From positions 1-64,000 of IMG/VR virus record IMGVR_UViG_3300012984_000001: DNA of 64,000 bases. One strand, given 5' to 3'. The notes under the pieces were generated by a model that had not been told where the DNA came from, made no database searches, and was given only the letters and a program-made list of their open reading frames with translations. The stretch is from a virus. The translations under genes and the position numbers were made by a program. Positions within the stretch are counted from its first letter, which is position 1. Every line of letters starts with the position of its first letter. Positions 48,311 to 59,705 of this stretch are shown piece by piece.

Positions 48311-49807
48311 ATGGACCCAAAGAAACTCATAAGCTATAGGCATGTGTCGGAAGTTTTAACCGGAAACAAGCAAACTGTTCGAGCGGACCGCCCAAACGCA
48401 ACACATTCTGTTGCTATAGGCGAACTTCTTGACTTTGTTGAAAAATGGATAGAGAAAAACTCAATATCTAAAGAAGCAAAAATTACAATCAAAACCAAGT
48501 CTTAATATTTTGACCTATGGGTAAGAATAAGTCCAAAAAACAGTTGAGACAGGAAAAGCGAGACAAGAAAATAACTATTGTGTTCTGCGCTGAGAACTCA
48601 TTGAGACAGATAGTTTCAGTACTTCGTTTTTACAACAACAGTGTTCTTTGGACTAAAAGCAAGTATGATTGGACATTACCCGAATGGAATGAATATTTTG
48701 AACTTAAAAATAAAATAAATAATGCTTGACAAAACTACATTCTGTGAAGTAATAGAACTTTTGCGTCAGCAGATTTTGTTTGATAACGAATCTGCTGAAA
48801 ACATGAAAGATATGTTCGGTGTTGTTCAAAAATGCCGATATAAAAATGATTTAGTCATAAAATCTCTGATGAAACTTCTACATTTTCACTTTCCACAAGA
48901 AGAGGAAGGTTTCTGCAGAATAGAACATTATTGTTTCATTATCGAGTTTGGGAAAGATGAAAATGAGTTTATTACTCCAGAAGAACTTTATGATTCACTT
49001 ATAAATAAAAAATAATTCATGCCAAGAGAAAAATCTACTCGTTTATCTGGGATGAAAAAAAATCCTTATGCCAAGCCAAAGAAAAAAGTAAAAGCAAAAA
49101 CTTATAAGGGTCGAATAATTCGTGGCGTAACTAAAAAACAGCGAGAGATTGTTTCAGAATTTTTCAAAGTTCGTGAAGGTGAAACTCAGGAGCAATGGAA
49201 GAAAAGAACAGATGTAAACCGACTTTCCGAGGTAAACAAAGAGGAGGAAAACCGAATTTACAAAAAAATGTACATCTATTACAAAACGAAAGACAAGAAA
49301 GAGTATGAGATGCATAACGCATATCTAAAAATACAACAAATACCTCGTGCTTTCGATTTTATGCGTTATTATGGTGTTGTCATAAACTTTTTCTCGATAA
49401 AATACAATGTTCGAGTTGAAGACTATCAAATGGGTTTTTATTTTTACACAAATATCCCATTTACAAAACAAAGATTTGAAAATGCATGTGTTTTGCACTT
49501 CGGAACCAAGCATAATAAATTCAATTATTTCATAAAATCAGGATATTTAGAAGAAGTTACTCACACTATCAGATTGTACGACCAAGACAATGTTGTTCAA
49601 AAAACAAATCTCTATAGGCTTACTAGGGGATTCCTTAGAAGACTGACTGAGATTTACAAAGTTATATCCAAAATGAATACTCTAAGAACCGAGCAATCTC
49701 ATTTAGAAAACATGAGTCCAGAAATAGAGCAAATAATATTTGATATGAATGACGAAATAATGGATATTCAAACTGGAAGAGTTCCGGTATCAGATTTAAA
49801 TACTTAA
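48311..49807 (+). other. Four hypothetical genes (48311-48505, 48517-48729, 48722-49015, 49019-49807)
   Basis: Co-directional packed ORFs. Confidence 0.55.
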
Positions 49808-49831
49808 TAACTAAAACAATAATTTAAAATT

Positions 49832-50548
49832 ATGAACAAAGAACAATTGATTGCAAAAAATGTTAAGCATGCGTTTAACGGAAAAGAAACTTTATTCTCG
49901 GTTGAGAGTTTAGAAAAACATTTCGATGGATTGGTGATTCACGAATCTGACATTCTTACAGATGAATTTGAAGACCAAGACGAAGGATATGTAAGAGCGG
50001 GTGATGTTAACTTTGATTCAGCAATTCCGAAAGAAGTTTTGGAACCAGAAGAAGATGTTGTGGAAGAATCAACAGGAATGAGTTTTGAAGAAGCGGACAA
50101 ATTAGCGAAAGAAGGATTTTTAATAGCATTGCCGGAGTGGGAAGGTTTTTGGTTCAGAAATGTAACTAAAGATAACGGATTATTAGTTTTTACTAAAGAC
50201 GGTGAAATTTTAGATACGCCTGACGAAAAATATAAAGAAAGGGAAGATTGGATTGAAGTTAAAGCAAGTGTAGAGCAATGGGCAAAACTTACTGAGTATT
50301 TTGACAATGAAACAGCAAAAGAAATTACAGTTAAGGGTTCTGTTGTCGAATCACCAGACCCTAAAGCCGTTAAAGAAGAATCTGGAAAAACTCTTATGGA
50401 TAAATTAGTAGAATTTCAAGACAAAACAAATATCGAGGAGTTAAAAGTACAACAAATATTGTTAGGTGAAAAACCAGAAGGAAAATCAATCAATATTGAA
50501 GATTTAAAAGAGGAACCAACAAAAGAATCTAAATCAATTAAAAAATAA
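49832..50548 (+). CDS. Protein with central Tad2/DUF2829-like domain
   Basis: MSFEEA..LAKEG..I....W.G.W ... EDW. Confidence 0.55.
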   Translation: MNKEQLIAKNVKHAFNGKETLFSVESLEKHFDGLVIHESDILTDEFEDQDEGYVRAGDVNFDSAIPKEVLEPEEDVVEESTGMSFEEADKLAKEGFLIALPEWEGFWFRNVTKDNGLLVFTKDGEILDTPDEKYKEREDWIEVKASVEQWAKLTEYFDNETAKEITVKGSVVESPDPKAVKEESGKTLMDKLVEFQDKTNIEELKVQQILLGEKPEGKSINIEDLKEEPTKESKSIKK

Positions 50549-50553
50549 TTATT

Positions 50554-50796
50554 ATGTCAGAAACAGTTCAAGAATTAAGTTTAGGAGAAAAAAGAGTGCG
50601 TTCAGCGTTTAATCCATCTGGAGCAGGAAATGTGAATTTTATCAAAGAAAAAACTGCGGAACTTATAAATGTCCTGGAGGATTTCAAAAACGATGAAAGA
50701 AACAATTTAGACGAAGAAGCAAAAAGATTAGTTTCTTTGGCACAGACAACTTTTGAGGAAGCCGCAATGTGGGGAGTAAAAGCCGTAACTTCATAA
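50554..50796 (+). CDS. Acb2/Tad1-like helical-hairpin protein (candidate nucleotide-signal sponge)
   Basis: FNPS...IK...A.LI...RLVSLAQT.FEEAAMWGVKAV. Confidence 0.6.
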   Translation: MSETVQELSLGEKRVRSAFNPSGAGNVNFIKEKTAELINVLEDFKNDERNNLDEEAKRLVSLAQTTFEEAAMWGVKAVTS

Positions 50797-50817
50797 AACC
50801 ATAAATCCATTAAATCA

Positions 50818-50855
50818 AAAATCCCGATCTTCGTATTTAAACGAGTCGGGATTTT
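50818..50855. terminator. Bidirectional terminator
   Basis: AAAATCCCGA/TCGGGATTTT between convergent genes. Confidence 0.75.
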
Positions 50856-50878
50856 CTCTATTAATTAACCAAATTAAA

Positions 50879-51211
50879 CTATTTTCCTGTCCAAATCAAA
50901 TCTCGGTAAAAAACCAAAAGATAAGGATTGCCATTTTGGGTCATTGCAGTAGCTTTAAATTTATCAAAAATAACCTCGCTTCCTACTTCTATAGTGTACC
51001 TGTTTTTTCCACCAAATATCCTTGAAAAAAAACTTTGAGGCTTTCTAGGGCACTCAGTTCCAATAGACCTAATTATTCCTCGTTTCTGCTTCTCGTTCGC
51101 ATCAACTATACCACTAATATCAATTCCTGATTTAGTTTTGTTCTCGTGGAAAATTTCTTCAACAACAACTATTTGATTAAGCGCTTGTCCTTTGAATTTA
51201 TTTGGTGTCAT
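50879..51211 (-). CDS. groES: Co-chaperonin GroES-like
   Basis: KTKSGI mobile loop, G.I..IG, VG.EVIF.KF; overlaps the groEL end. Confidence 0.8.
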   Translation of the reverse strand: MTPNKFKGQALNQIVVVEEIFHENKTKSGIDISGIVDANEKQKRGIIRSIGTECPRKPQSFFSRIFGGKNRYTIEVGSEVIFDKFKATAMTQNGNPYLLVFYRDLIWTGK

Positions 51212-52745
51212 GAGCAAATCTTTTAAGTGTAACAACGTTGTTGGTTCTAAGTAAGTTATTTGAAGCGGATGCTGCGTTTACAAGAGCTGTTTTAACTCCT
51301 TTCGCAGTATCAAGTATTCCGGCTTCGAACATATCTACTTCTTTATAGCCTTTCACATCGTACCCCATAGGATATTTGCCTAATTCTGGCACAGAAACTC
51401 CTGCGTTTGAATGTATTTTTAAGATTGGCGCTTGTATAACTGTTTTTGTTACTTCATCTATATCTAAATCTATAGCTGATAGTAAAGCGATTCCTCCTCC
51501 GGCAACAACTCCTCCATCTTTGGAAGCGCGTACAGCGCAACAAGCATCATCCACTCTAGCTATTTTTTCTTCAACTTCACTTGGAGTTACACCTCCAACG
51601 AAAATAGTAGAAATGCCACCAGATAATTTAGAGATTCTTTCACGAAGATAGTTTTTCTCACCTTCATTTGTTTGAAGTGTAATTTGAGAGTTTAACTCAT
51701 TAATTTTAGCGGTGACTTTTGTTTTGTCGAATTCTGGATTAAGCGTGATAACCGTGTCTTTTTTACCGATTTCAATTCTGTCGCAAGTTCCAAGATAAAC
51801 TGCTTCTTTTCCTTCGTAATTTGTTCTTGAAATACCTTCCAAAAGTTCACAATCTAAAATCAATGACAAATCTCGCATTGTTTCACGATTCTTTTTTCCT
51901 TGATATGGTGGTTTTATAATTGCGAATGGATATTTGTGTTTAATGACATTTTCTAAAATCATACTAGAAATGTCGTGAGACATATCTGATATTATAACAA
52001 TAGGACGCCCGTTGTGTGCAGCATAATCCAAGAAAGGCGTGATTTCATTATGTGTTTGAAAATTAATCAGTGAACATAAAACTAATGGATTGTCGAAGAT
52101 TACGGATTGAGATTCCGGAACATTCACAAATCCTTCGTTTAAATATCCGGCATCAATTGGATTTCCGGCAATGTGTTTAATGAAAGTTTCGTCTGTAAAA
52201 CTACGTTTGTGAGATACTATTCCGAATTCTCCTGACTTGATAAACGCTTCTTGGACAATTTTAGCTATTTCAGAATCTCCATGAGCAGAAGTTTTAGCAA
52301 TATCGAACATTAATTTTTCATTTACAGGAACCGAAATGGAATCGATATATTCAGACACTTTTGATACAGATTCTTCAATTTTGTTTTTGATTTCAATTGA
52401 AGACGTTCCTTTTTTAAGTTCATCCAATGAATATTTGAAAAATGCCTGAGTCAAAACACATACTAGGGTAGTTCCATCCCCAACCACTTCAAATTGTTTT
52501 TTAGAGGCTTCTTTTACTATTTCGCAAGCAATATGTTCGATGCTATTTTCCCAATAAAGATTATGTAATACATCGTGACCGTCTGCAGTTATATTAGGTA
52601 ATCCTCCTGTAGTTTCGAAAAGGACATTTTGTCCACGATACCCCATTGTGCTCGAAACTATGTCACAACACTTGTTTATCCCGTCAAGTAATTGTGATTT
52701 TGCATCTTCTCCACTGACTAGATGCCTTAAAATTGTGTTACTCAT
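51198..52745 (-). CDS. groEL: Chaperonin GroEL
   Basis: IT.DG, GDGTT, RERISKLSGG, GVVAGGG.ALL, GILD.AK. Confidence 0.92.
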   Translation of the reverse strand: MSNTILRHLVSGEDAKSQLLDGINKCCDIVSSTMGYRGQNVLFETTGGLPNITADGHDVLHNLYWENSIEHIACEIVKEASKKQFEVVGDGTTLVCVLTQAFFKYSLDELKKGTSSIEIKNKIEESVSKVSEYIDSISVPVNEKLMFDIAKTSAHGDSEIAKIVQEAFIKSGEFGIVSHKRSFTDETFIKHIAGNPIDAGYLNEGFVNVPESQSVIFDNPLVLCSLINFQTHNEITPFLDYAAHNGRPIVIISDMSHDISSMILENVIKHKYPFAIIKPPYQGKKNRETMRDLSLILDCELLEGISRTNYEGKEAVYLGTCDRIEIGKKDTVITLNPEFDKTKVTAKINELNSQITLQTNEGEKNYLRERISKLSGGISTIFVGGVTPSEVEEKIARVDDACCAVRASKDGGVVAGGGIALLSAIDLDIDEVTKTVIQAPILKIHSNAGVSVPELGKYPMGYDVKGYKEVDMFEAGILDTAKGVKTALVNAASASNNLLRTNNVVTLKRFAHDTK

Positions 52746-52861
52746 ATAATTAAATTTAATTTGATTAATAGAAAACAAAAGTACTAATTTTAAAAAAGAC
52801 AACAAACATTTCTTGTTGTTTTAATTTATATCTTTGTTTTCAATAAAAAGTATCTAATGTT

Positions 52862-55525
52862 ATGACTAAAATAAAAAGATATTCTACAGTAACCCCAACT
52901 GCATCCGACATTGTTATTGGTACAGATAAAGAAAATCAAGAATTAACCAAAAACTTTAAGATTGGAGATATACTAGATTTGCTGAACTCACTTAACGGAA
53001 ACGAAGTTATTGCATATACTTTTGTCGAAAGTCCAATCGGAGAGTTAGATGAAAATGGCTCAGGATATTTTATCTCAGAAAACAACCTGACAAATCCAGC
53101 TGACGTAACAAAACTGATATTCAGTAAAAAATTAAAATCAGGAAACGACTTATCAGACTTGTTCAATTTCATAGACGCACATAAAAGCAGTTTTAAATTA
53201 CAGATAAGAAACATATCAGACCCAAACAATATAGTTTATTTTGATATAAATGAAATAACGGAGGAAGACTTTCAGTTTTCAGTGTCTGTAAGCGTATATA
53301 ATACTGATTTTTATATCGGTGAACTTGAATATTCTAAAATATATAGCGTTTATTGGGATTATTCTGTAGGCTCAGGAGGAGGTGAATCCAATAAGTTAAC
53401 AGGAAATGCAATAGATTTAAGCAATCCTTTGGTGAATTATTATAATATGGATGATGCAGACAACCATTCGTATAGTAATTATACTATTTCGGACTTAGCA
53501 AATGGAGGAAAAGCAAGACTATTAGTGACAACATCATTATTGCCTACAATTACAGGAGCAACAAACATTAAAGGGGATGAATTTCAGCCTAATACCCCTA
53601 TTTATTTAGAAGTAGAAAACAGCGGTGGAAGAATAGAATATTGGGTAAAACAAATATATATAAATGCTTTTATAGATATTACAGCATTGCCTTTTGGTGG
53701 AAAATACTATGAGTCACCAACTCCTTTGACTGAATTTGCAGGAACCCCAAGTATATTAAAAACATCAACTGGGAGGTTATTGCTAGGAACTGATTATTGG
53801 CAATATGCCAACACCACCAGTAATACTACCGGAATTTATGAATATATAGGTAATACTTTTGTAAAGATAGCCGATATTGTAAACATGTTTTGGGCTCAAT
53901 TTTTTGAATATTCGGGTGTCATATATCTTATTGGTGTTGATAAATGGAAAACAGGAAACATAATGATTTCTAAAAGTACTGACTTTGGGAGTACTTGGAC
54001 TGATCCTGTTAAAATAGTAGATAAGTTGACTGGGCAAGGATGGCAAACTTCCGCTTGTTCATTGTTGATAAAAGACGGACATATAGTTAAACCTGTTTTG
54101 GACAGTGGAACTCCAGTTATCACAGGAGACACTTATAGAATAGCCTTTATAATAGCCAATTTATCTACCGACCTTACTGTTGCGGCAAATTGGACAACAT
54201 CTAATATAATGCCGTTCAACAAAACATTGATTCCAATAAAAATATCTACACAGGCTAACGGAATTGTCAATCCTTATAATCCAACGAATACGCATTCAAA
54301 GTTTGTTTTAGAACCAAATGCTATAGAAGTAGCAGGACAGGTAAGGTTGCTATGTAGATTAGAAGTTCAGCCAAACAGTAATTATGCAATGTATTATACT
54401 GTTGCATGGAACAGCGGAAGTCCAAAACTAAGTACAATAAACGCAACTCCTAACTATATAGAAATGTATGGTGGAAATGTTAAGTTTAAAGTACTATATG
54501 ATTCAGTTAGTGCTAAATATATTTCTATTGTAAATCCTTGCAAATACAAATATATGAACGACTTTAGAACCGAGTCACACCTAATTACATCGTCAGATTG
54601 CATTACTTGGACATTAAAAAACAGGGTTGCAGGATACGATGTAACAAATAACTGGGAGGCTATAATTGCCCAGTATGGAATTCAATACGCAGACTTTATA
54701 ATAGATGGGAACGATTTATTGGTTTCTTATAGGGTTGCTGATGCTAATGCTGCAACTTTTCACGATAGCAATATCACTTCTTTAATGAAAATACCTAATT
54801 TTAGGAGTATTCCCGATGAAACTTTTGCAAGTGGAAATATAAGTTTACTTATCAATGAAAACTCAGAAAGATTTGAAACTGCTGACGGTATTGGTGTTAT
54901 AAAAGACCAATCGAAATATTATAATAGTCCTTTTATGTTGAATGTCAACAACTCTATAAAACCTAATTGGGTTTCAGGAGGCATTCAATTCAATGAAGCG
55001 GAATACTTAAGGGTAGTTCATAACGAATATTTAAACATCAATAATGGTTTTTCTATTTTTGCTGTTGTAGAAAACCTACAAAATACCTTTAATAGAATTG
55101 TATCTAAAAGCAGTGGTTCTGGAGGTTCGGATTTGCAAGTAAATAATTATTCTTTTAGTTTCGTTGGTGGATTATCCGTAGAAAATGGATATGGACAATA
55201 TGCGGATTATTCAATAGGAAACAATTATATTTTATCTGCATCTTATGATAATGTGAATAATGATATTTACAATTATTTAAATGGTGCGAATAGAGGAACG
55301 CCATCAAGTCTTTCGAATGCAACATTCGTAACAAATAGAGTACATTTAACTACGGCATACACAACTGGAAACACTGCTGAAATGTGGATAGGAGCAAGAC
55401 AAGTTCCAACAACCGGAAAACTAAATGGAAAAATAAAGGCCCTCCATATTTTTCCAAGCTATATGAATCCAACCCAAATGCTAGCATACATAAATTCCTT
55501 AAATGCTATTTACAATATATATTAA
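52862..55525 (+). CDS. Tail fibre/spike with Asp-box (sialidase-like) propeller and LamG-like C-terminal domain
   Basis: SKSTDFGSTW and SSDCITW Asp-boxes; YLNG...WIG....G.I LamG pattern. Confidence 0.65.
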   Translation: MTKIKRYSTVTPTASDIVIGTDKENQELTKNFKIGDILDLLNSLNGNEVIAYTFVESPIGELDENGSGYFISENNLTNPADVTKLIFSKKLKSGNDLSDLFNFIDAHKSSFKLQIRNISDPNNIVYFDINEITEEDFQFSVSVSVYNTDFYIGELEYSKIYSVYWDYSVGSGGGESNKLTGNAIDLSNPLVNYYNMDDADNHSYSNYTISDLANGGKARLLVTTSLLPTITGATNIKGDEFQPNTPIYLEVENSGGRIEYWVKQIYINAFIDITALPFGGKYYESPTPLTEFAGTPSILKTSTGRLLLGTDYWQYANTTSNTTGIYEYIGNTFVKIADIVNMFWAQFFEYSGVIYLIGVDKWKTGNIMISKSTDFGSTWTDPVKIVDKLTGQGWQTSACSLLIKDGHIVKPVLDSGTPVITGDTYRIAFIIANLSTDLTVAANWTTSNIMPFNKTLIPIKISTQANGIVNPYNPTNTHSKFVLEPNAIEVAGQVRLLCRLEVQPNSNYAMYYTVAWNSGSPKLSTINATPNYIEMYGGNVKFKVLYDSVSAKYISIVNPCKYKYMNDFRTESHLITSSDCITWTLKNRVAGYDVTNNWEAIIAQYGIQYADFIIDGNDLLVSYRVADANAATFHDSNITSLMKIPNFRSIPDETFASGNISLLINENSERFETADGIGVIKDQSKYYNSPFMLNVNNSIKPNWVSGGIQFNEAEYLRVVHNEYLNINNGFSIFAVVENLQNTFNRIVSKSSGSGGSDLQVNNYSFSFVGGLSVENGYGQYADYSIGNNYILSASYDNVNNDIYNYLNGANRGTPSSLSNATFVTNRVHLTTAYTTGNTAEMWIGARQVPTTGKLNGKIKALHIFPSYMNPTQMLAYINSLNAIYNIY

Positions 55526-55549
55526 CAAACTAAACAGAAAATATAAAAC

Positions 55550-55798
55550 ATGAAAAACTGGAAAACAACATTAGTAGGAATTGCGTTATCGGCTTATCCT
55601 ATATTTGATGCAATAAATCAAGCTTATGCATCAGGATATTTTACAGGAAAAACTGGACTTCAATTATGGTTTGGTATTGCAGTAATTACTTTAGGAGTAT
55701 GGGCTAGAGATAAAAACCCTACTACTGCGCCTAAAAATCTTCAAGCCAATGATGAAGACGATGAAACAATAGTTGGAACACACCCAAAAGACAGATAA
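55550..55798 (+). CDS. Putative holin
   Basis: KNWKTTLVG start, two TM segments, in the lysis cluster. Confidence 0.55.
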   Translation: MKNWKTTLVGIALSAYPIFDAINQAYASGYFTGKTGLQLWFGIAVITLGVWARDKNPTTAPKNLQANDEDDETIVGTHPKDR

Positions 55799-56130
55799 TG
55801 AAAAAAATAACAAGCTACATATTTGCAATATTATCACGAAAAGAAATGCTATATGTAGCTTTGTTTTTGTCGATAATAACATATTCTTTTTGGACTTATT
55901 TTTCGAAAGGTTTTTTTTACAAAGGCAACGCTTTGTTTTTGTTGATTTTTGTTTCGTATCTTTATGCCAACGAAAGAACTTCATTCATAAAGTACTTGAT
56001 ATTTAACCTGTCATTAAATTATGTTTTTAAAGAGTTTTTTTTAGATGCAGGTAAGTTGTATTTTTATGAAGCAATAGCAGTAGTATTAATCCCATTAATG
56101 TGGTATATAAAACATGGTAAGTTTAATTGA
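55798..56130 (+). CDS. Membrane protein
   Basis: Several hydrophobic helices. Confidence 0.55.
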   Translation: MKKITSYIFAILSRKEMLYVALFLSIITYSFWTYFSKGFFYKGNALFLLIFVSYLYANERTSFIKYLIFNLSLNYVFKEFFLDAGKLYFYEAIAVVLIPLMWYIKHGKFN

Positions 56131-56464
56131 GTACTGGAGAGAATTAGGCTTAACTATAGGCGCAATAGTAACTTTTCTAGCAGGGCGAAAAAGTACTAAA
56201 TTACAAGAAAAAAAACAGACTGTAGATGCTATTGATGCAATGCAGAAGACTTATGATGTTTTTTTGAAACATTATGAAGACAATTACAACAAGCTCTTAG
56301 CAAGATTAGATAATCTTGAATTAAGGAATACAATTTTGACAGAATCGTCACAAGCTTGGGAAAAAAAATTCAAAGACTTGGCAAAAGAATACGAATCATT
56401 TAAAAAAGAACATGAGTCGTTGAAAAACGCATTTGAGTCGTACAAAAAAAATCATAACAAATAA
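56114..56464 (+). CDS. TM plus coiled-coil lysis-associated protein
   Basis: N-terminal TM, coiled coil, precedes the endolysin. Confidence 0.5.
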   Translation: MVSLIEYWRELGLTIGAIVTFLAGRKSTKLQEKKQTVDAIDAMQKTYDVFLKHYEDNYNKLLARLDNLELRNTILTESSQAWEKKFKDLAKEYESFKKEHESLKNAFESYKKNHNK

Positions 56465-56475
56465 ATCTAATTAAA

Positions 56476-56916
56476 ATGAATGAAATAATAAGAATTGCAG
56501 AAAAAGAAATTGGACAAACTGAAAAACCAGCAAACTCAAATAAAACAAAGTACGGAAAATGGTTTGGCTTCGATGGTGTTGCGTGGTGCGGTATATTTGT
56601 TTCATGGTGTTATGCACAAGCAGGATTTCCATTGCCTAAGATTGGTTTTACAAAAGGATATGCTGGGTGTCAAACTGCAGTCGCATTTTTTAAAAAATCA
56701 AATCAAGTTACATCGAAACCTGTAGAAGGAGATATTGTATTTTTTGATTGGAATGCAGATGGAAGATACGATCACACTGGATTATTCGTGAAATGGGTTA
56801 ATGATAAAGAATTCGAGACTATTGAAGGGAATACTGCTGTTGGAAATGACAGCAATGGAGGAAATGTTATGAGACGTGTCAGAAAAAATAAAAATGTAAT
56901 ATTTGTGCATCCATGA
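56476..56916 (+). CDS. CHAP-domain endolysin
   Basis: AWCGIFVSW, GDIVFF, HTGL, TIEGNT. Confidence 0.9.
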   Translation: MNEIIRIAEKEIGQTEKPANSNKTKYGKWFGFDGVAWCGIFVSWCYAQAGFPLPKIGFTKGYAGCQTAVAFFKKSNQVTSKPVEGDIVFFDWNADGRYDHTGLFVKWVNDKEFETIEGNTAVGNDSNGGNVMRRVRKNKNVIFVHP

Positions 56917-57647
56917 TACAGATAGATTTAATAAAAACTTGGGAACGGATAAAAGTTTGGTTTCCTTATGTGTTATCGCTTGTGTTTGCGATATTGTTGT
57001 TTTTTAAATATAATTCAACTTCTGGGCTGGAATCTGAAAACAAGGGCTTAAAAAATGAAGTTTTAAGAAGTGAGATTTTATCTAAGGGTTACTTGAATTT
57101 AGTTTCGGAGAAAAATAAAATAATTGCTAGTCACGAAAAAAAAATAGATAGTTTAAAAAATGAAATAGTTGTCTCAAAAAGTAAAACTATTGAAATAAAA
57201 AAGGAATCAGAGAAAAAAATCAAAGAGGTCTATTTGTTAACCACTAAACAAATTGTTGATTCTTGGAAAAGTAGATATAGTCCTAAAGAAGATATTCAAT
57301 ATGTTGGAAAAGATGTGGCGGTTACAGATACTGTGGCGAAACAGATTGAATCAGATTTGGTGAAAAAAGATTATTTATCTTTGGAATTAAATCAAACTAA
57401 AAAAACTCTATCATTGACAGAATCTGCTTCTGCAGAAAAAGATACGGTAATTAGTGATTTAAAAGACCAAAAGAAGAATTTGTTCATGGTTGTTGAGGAA
57501 GATAAAAAAACAAAAGAATCACAAAAACAAATAATCAAGAACACTGAAAAAGAGCTATCTTCTGAAAAAAATAAAAAAACTTTTTGGAAAGCAACTGCTA
57601 TCGGAGTAGGAACTGTAATTATTGTGAAATCAATATTGAAAAAATGA
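56913..57647 (+). CDS. Spanin-like membrane-anchored coiled-coil protein
   Basis: N- and C-terminal hydrophobic segments; follows the endolysin. Confidence 0.5.
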   Translation: MIQIDLIKTWERIKVWFPYVLSLVFAILLFFKYNSTSGLESENKGLKNEVLRSEILSKGYLNLVSEKNKIIASHEKKIDSLKNEIVVSKSKTIEIKKESEKKIKEVYLLTTKQIVDSWKSRYSPKEDIQYVGKDVAVTDTVAKQIESDLVKKDYLSLELNQTKKTLSLTESASAEKDTVISDLKDQKKNLFMVVEEDKKTKESQKQIIKNTEKELSSEKNKKTFWKATAIGVGTVIIVKSILKK

Positions 57648-58513
57648 CAAAAATAGCTACATATACAAGCGATACAGAAATAACCGATGTTGATTTAATC
57701 ATCGGAACAGATGGTGATACTACAAACAAAGAAACCAAAAACTTTTATCTTGGAGCCATAAAAGATTATGTTCTTGCTGGACTATCTCCAGAAACTGGCG
57801 GTATCTTAAAGATTACAGAAATAAAATATACTGGGGATGATTACACTACTCCAGAAGACTTTATAAACTCACTTGACCCCCCATATACTGTAGAAAGATA
57901 CCATTTTGTAATTGTGAATATGACGGATGGAAAATATATTTTTAAATTGCAAGACAGAGTTATTGGATTCAACCAAACTCCTGTAGTTTCAACAGATTTT
58001 ATAAATATACAAGGGTTGAAAGGAGATAAAGGCGATACAGGAGACACCGGACCACAAGGTATTCAAGGAATACAAGGTGTAAAAGGTGACACAGGAAATA
58101 CCGGAGCACAAGGTCCGCAAGGAATACAGGGACCACAAGGCATTCAAGGTCCGATTGGTCCACAAGGTCCTGCTGGAACAAACGGTATAAATGCATCCAA
58201 CAATCAGCAAAGAATACTTGTAATAGGAGATTTTACAGCTAACAATTATACTATACAGGAATCCGACAACAATTGCGAACTTATAATTCAAAATGGCGCA
58301 ACAGATGTGACAATAACAATTCCTACAGGGCTTTCTACAGCTCATTTTGTTGGATATGTTAGGGAAGGTAGTGGAGAAGTTTCTTTTGTGCCGTCTGGAA
58401 CAACTCTTAAAACGGCTGTTGGATTAAAAATAAATGCTGTTAACGACCCTGCTTGCTCGGTTCAAAATGGAACAACAAATACATTTCATATTCACGGAAA
58501 TTTAAAGGTATGA
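57644..58513 (+). CDS. Collagen-repeat tail fibre protein
   Basis: Gly-X-Y run at ~58010-58195; N-terminus homologous to the 52862 protein. Confidence 0.75.
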   Translation: MTKIATYTSDTEITDVDLIIGTDGDTTNKETKNFYLGAIKDYVLAGLSPETGGILKITEIKYTGDDYTTPEDFINSLDPPYTVERYHFVIVNMTDGKYIFKLQDRVIGFNQTPVVSTDFINIQGLKGDKGDTGDTGPQGIQGIQGVKGDTGNTGAQGPQGIQGPQGIQGPIGPQGPAGTNGINASNNQQRILVIGDFTANNYTIQESDNNCELIIQNGATDVTITIPTGLSTAHFVGYVREGSGEVSFVPSGTTLKTAVGLKINAVNDPACSVQNGTTNTFHIHGNLKV

Positions 58514-59078
58514 TAAGTTTTCAAAGAAATATTTTTAAGCTACGTCGCGCGGACATTATTCCTCCTGTCGGAGATTGCTTCGCAATGAACATTTATATAT
58601 CTCCTATAGATGCAGAAGATGCAGATGATGGAACCGTTATATTAACTTATACGGCATGCGGAGGAACCATAACAGAAATACCTTTTCCAGATGCAGGAAA
58701 TTACACAAATGTAGCATGTGCTGATGTGGGTTCTGGATTTGCTTTCCACTATATAAAAGGAGGTGCTTCATTTAATGCGGGAAATTCTGGTTTTACAGGA
58801 TTTGGAGACGCTTGCACAATTTAAAACCAATTATTATGAATGATAAAAGAATAAGATTATTGTCGGTTGAAATATTCAACAGAGAACCCATGGTTTATGT
58901 GTGCGATAAACCGCGTCCATTCAACATAAATGGAAAAATTGAACAAAGGACTATTAAAGGTATTGTTTACATAAAAGAGAATGAGGTTTATGAAATATGG
59001 CTTGCTGATGGAGAAACCATAAGACATTGGAAAGATATTCCGAAAAACAATAGCGTAACCGTTGAATACTACATATAA
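58510..59078 (+). other. Two small hypothetical genes (58510-58824, 58836-59078)
   Basis: Coupled ORFs. Confidence 0.5.
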
Positions 59079-59079
59079 T

Positions 59080-59676
59080 ATGATTGCAATGCATGACAGA
59101 TTCATCATAACTCCTCTGAATGATGAAAAATTTATTACTGAAAAACAAATTGGTGATAGAAAAATGATAATAAACACTTCTATTGAACACGCTGAGGACG
59201 TGAATAGAATAGGAGTTATAGTTTCGTTACCACTAGATTATGATGGTGTAGCTATGGTTGGTGACCATGTAGTTGTACAGCATAATGTATTCAGAACTTA
59301 TTTTGATGGTCAAGGATTGACTCGTGAATCTGATTCACATATTTATGATAACTTATTTCAAGTTATGCCAGAACTTATTTATTTAATAATAAGAGGCGAA
59401 GAGATAATTTCTGTAGATGATTATTGTTTTGTAAAACCAATTGTAGAAATGAAAAAATGGATTGGAGAAGTTGAAGTACAGCATCAAGGGTTCATAAAAT
59501 ATTCTAATGATTATCTAAAATCTATAGGTATAGAATCTGGAAACAAAATTGCTTTTGAGACAGACTCGGAATATGAATTCAATATTCTAGGAGAGAAACT
59601 ATACAGAATGAGAAACGAATGCATACTAGCTAAATTAAATAACGATGATAATTTGTTATTAGTCAATAATTCATAA
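59080..59676 (+). CDS. Tandem GroES-fold co-chaperonin-like protein
   Basis: Two GroES-like units (G.IV..P..VGD.V and D.CFVKP..G.I..G..I.F..G.KLY.M). Confidence 0.55.
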   Translation: MIAMHDRFIITPLNDEKFITEKQIGDRKMIINTSIEHAEDVNRIGVIVSLPLDYDGVAMVGDHVVVQHNVFRTYFDGQGLTRESDSHIYDNLFQVMPELIYLIIRGEEIISVDDYCFVKPIVEMKKWIGEVEVQHQGFIKYSNDYLKSIGIESGNKIAFETDSEYEFNILGEKLYRMRNECILAKLNNDDNLLLVNNS

Positions 59677-59705
59677 ATTTGAATAAATTTAAAACATAAA
59701 CAATT

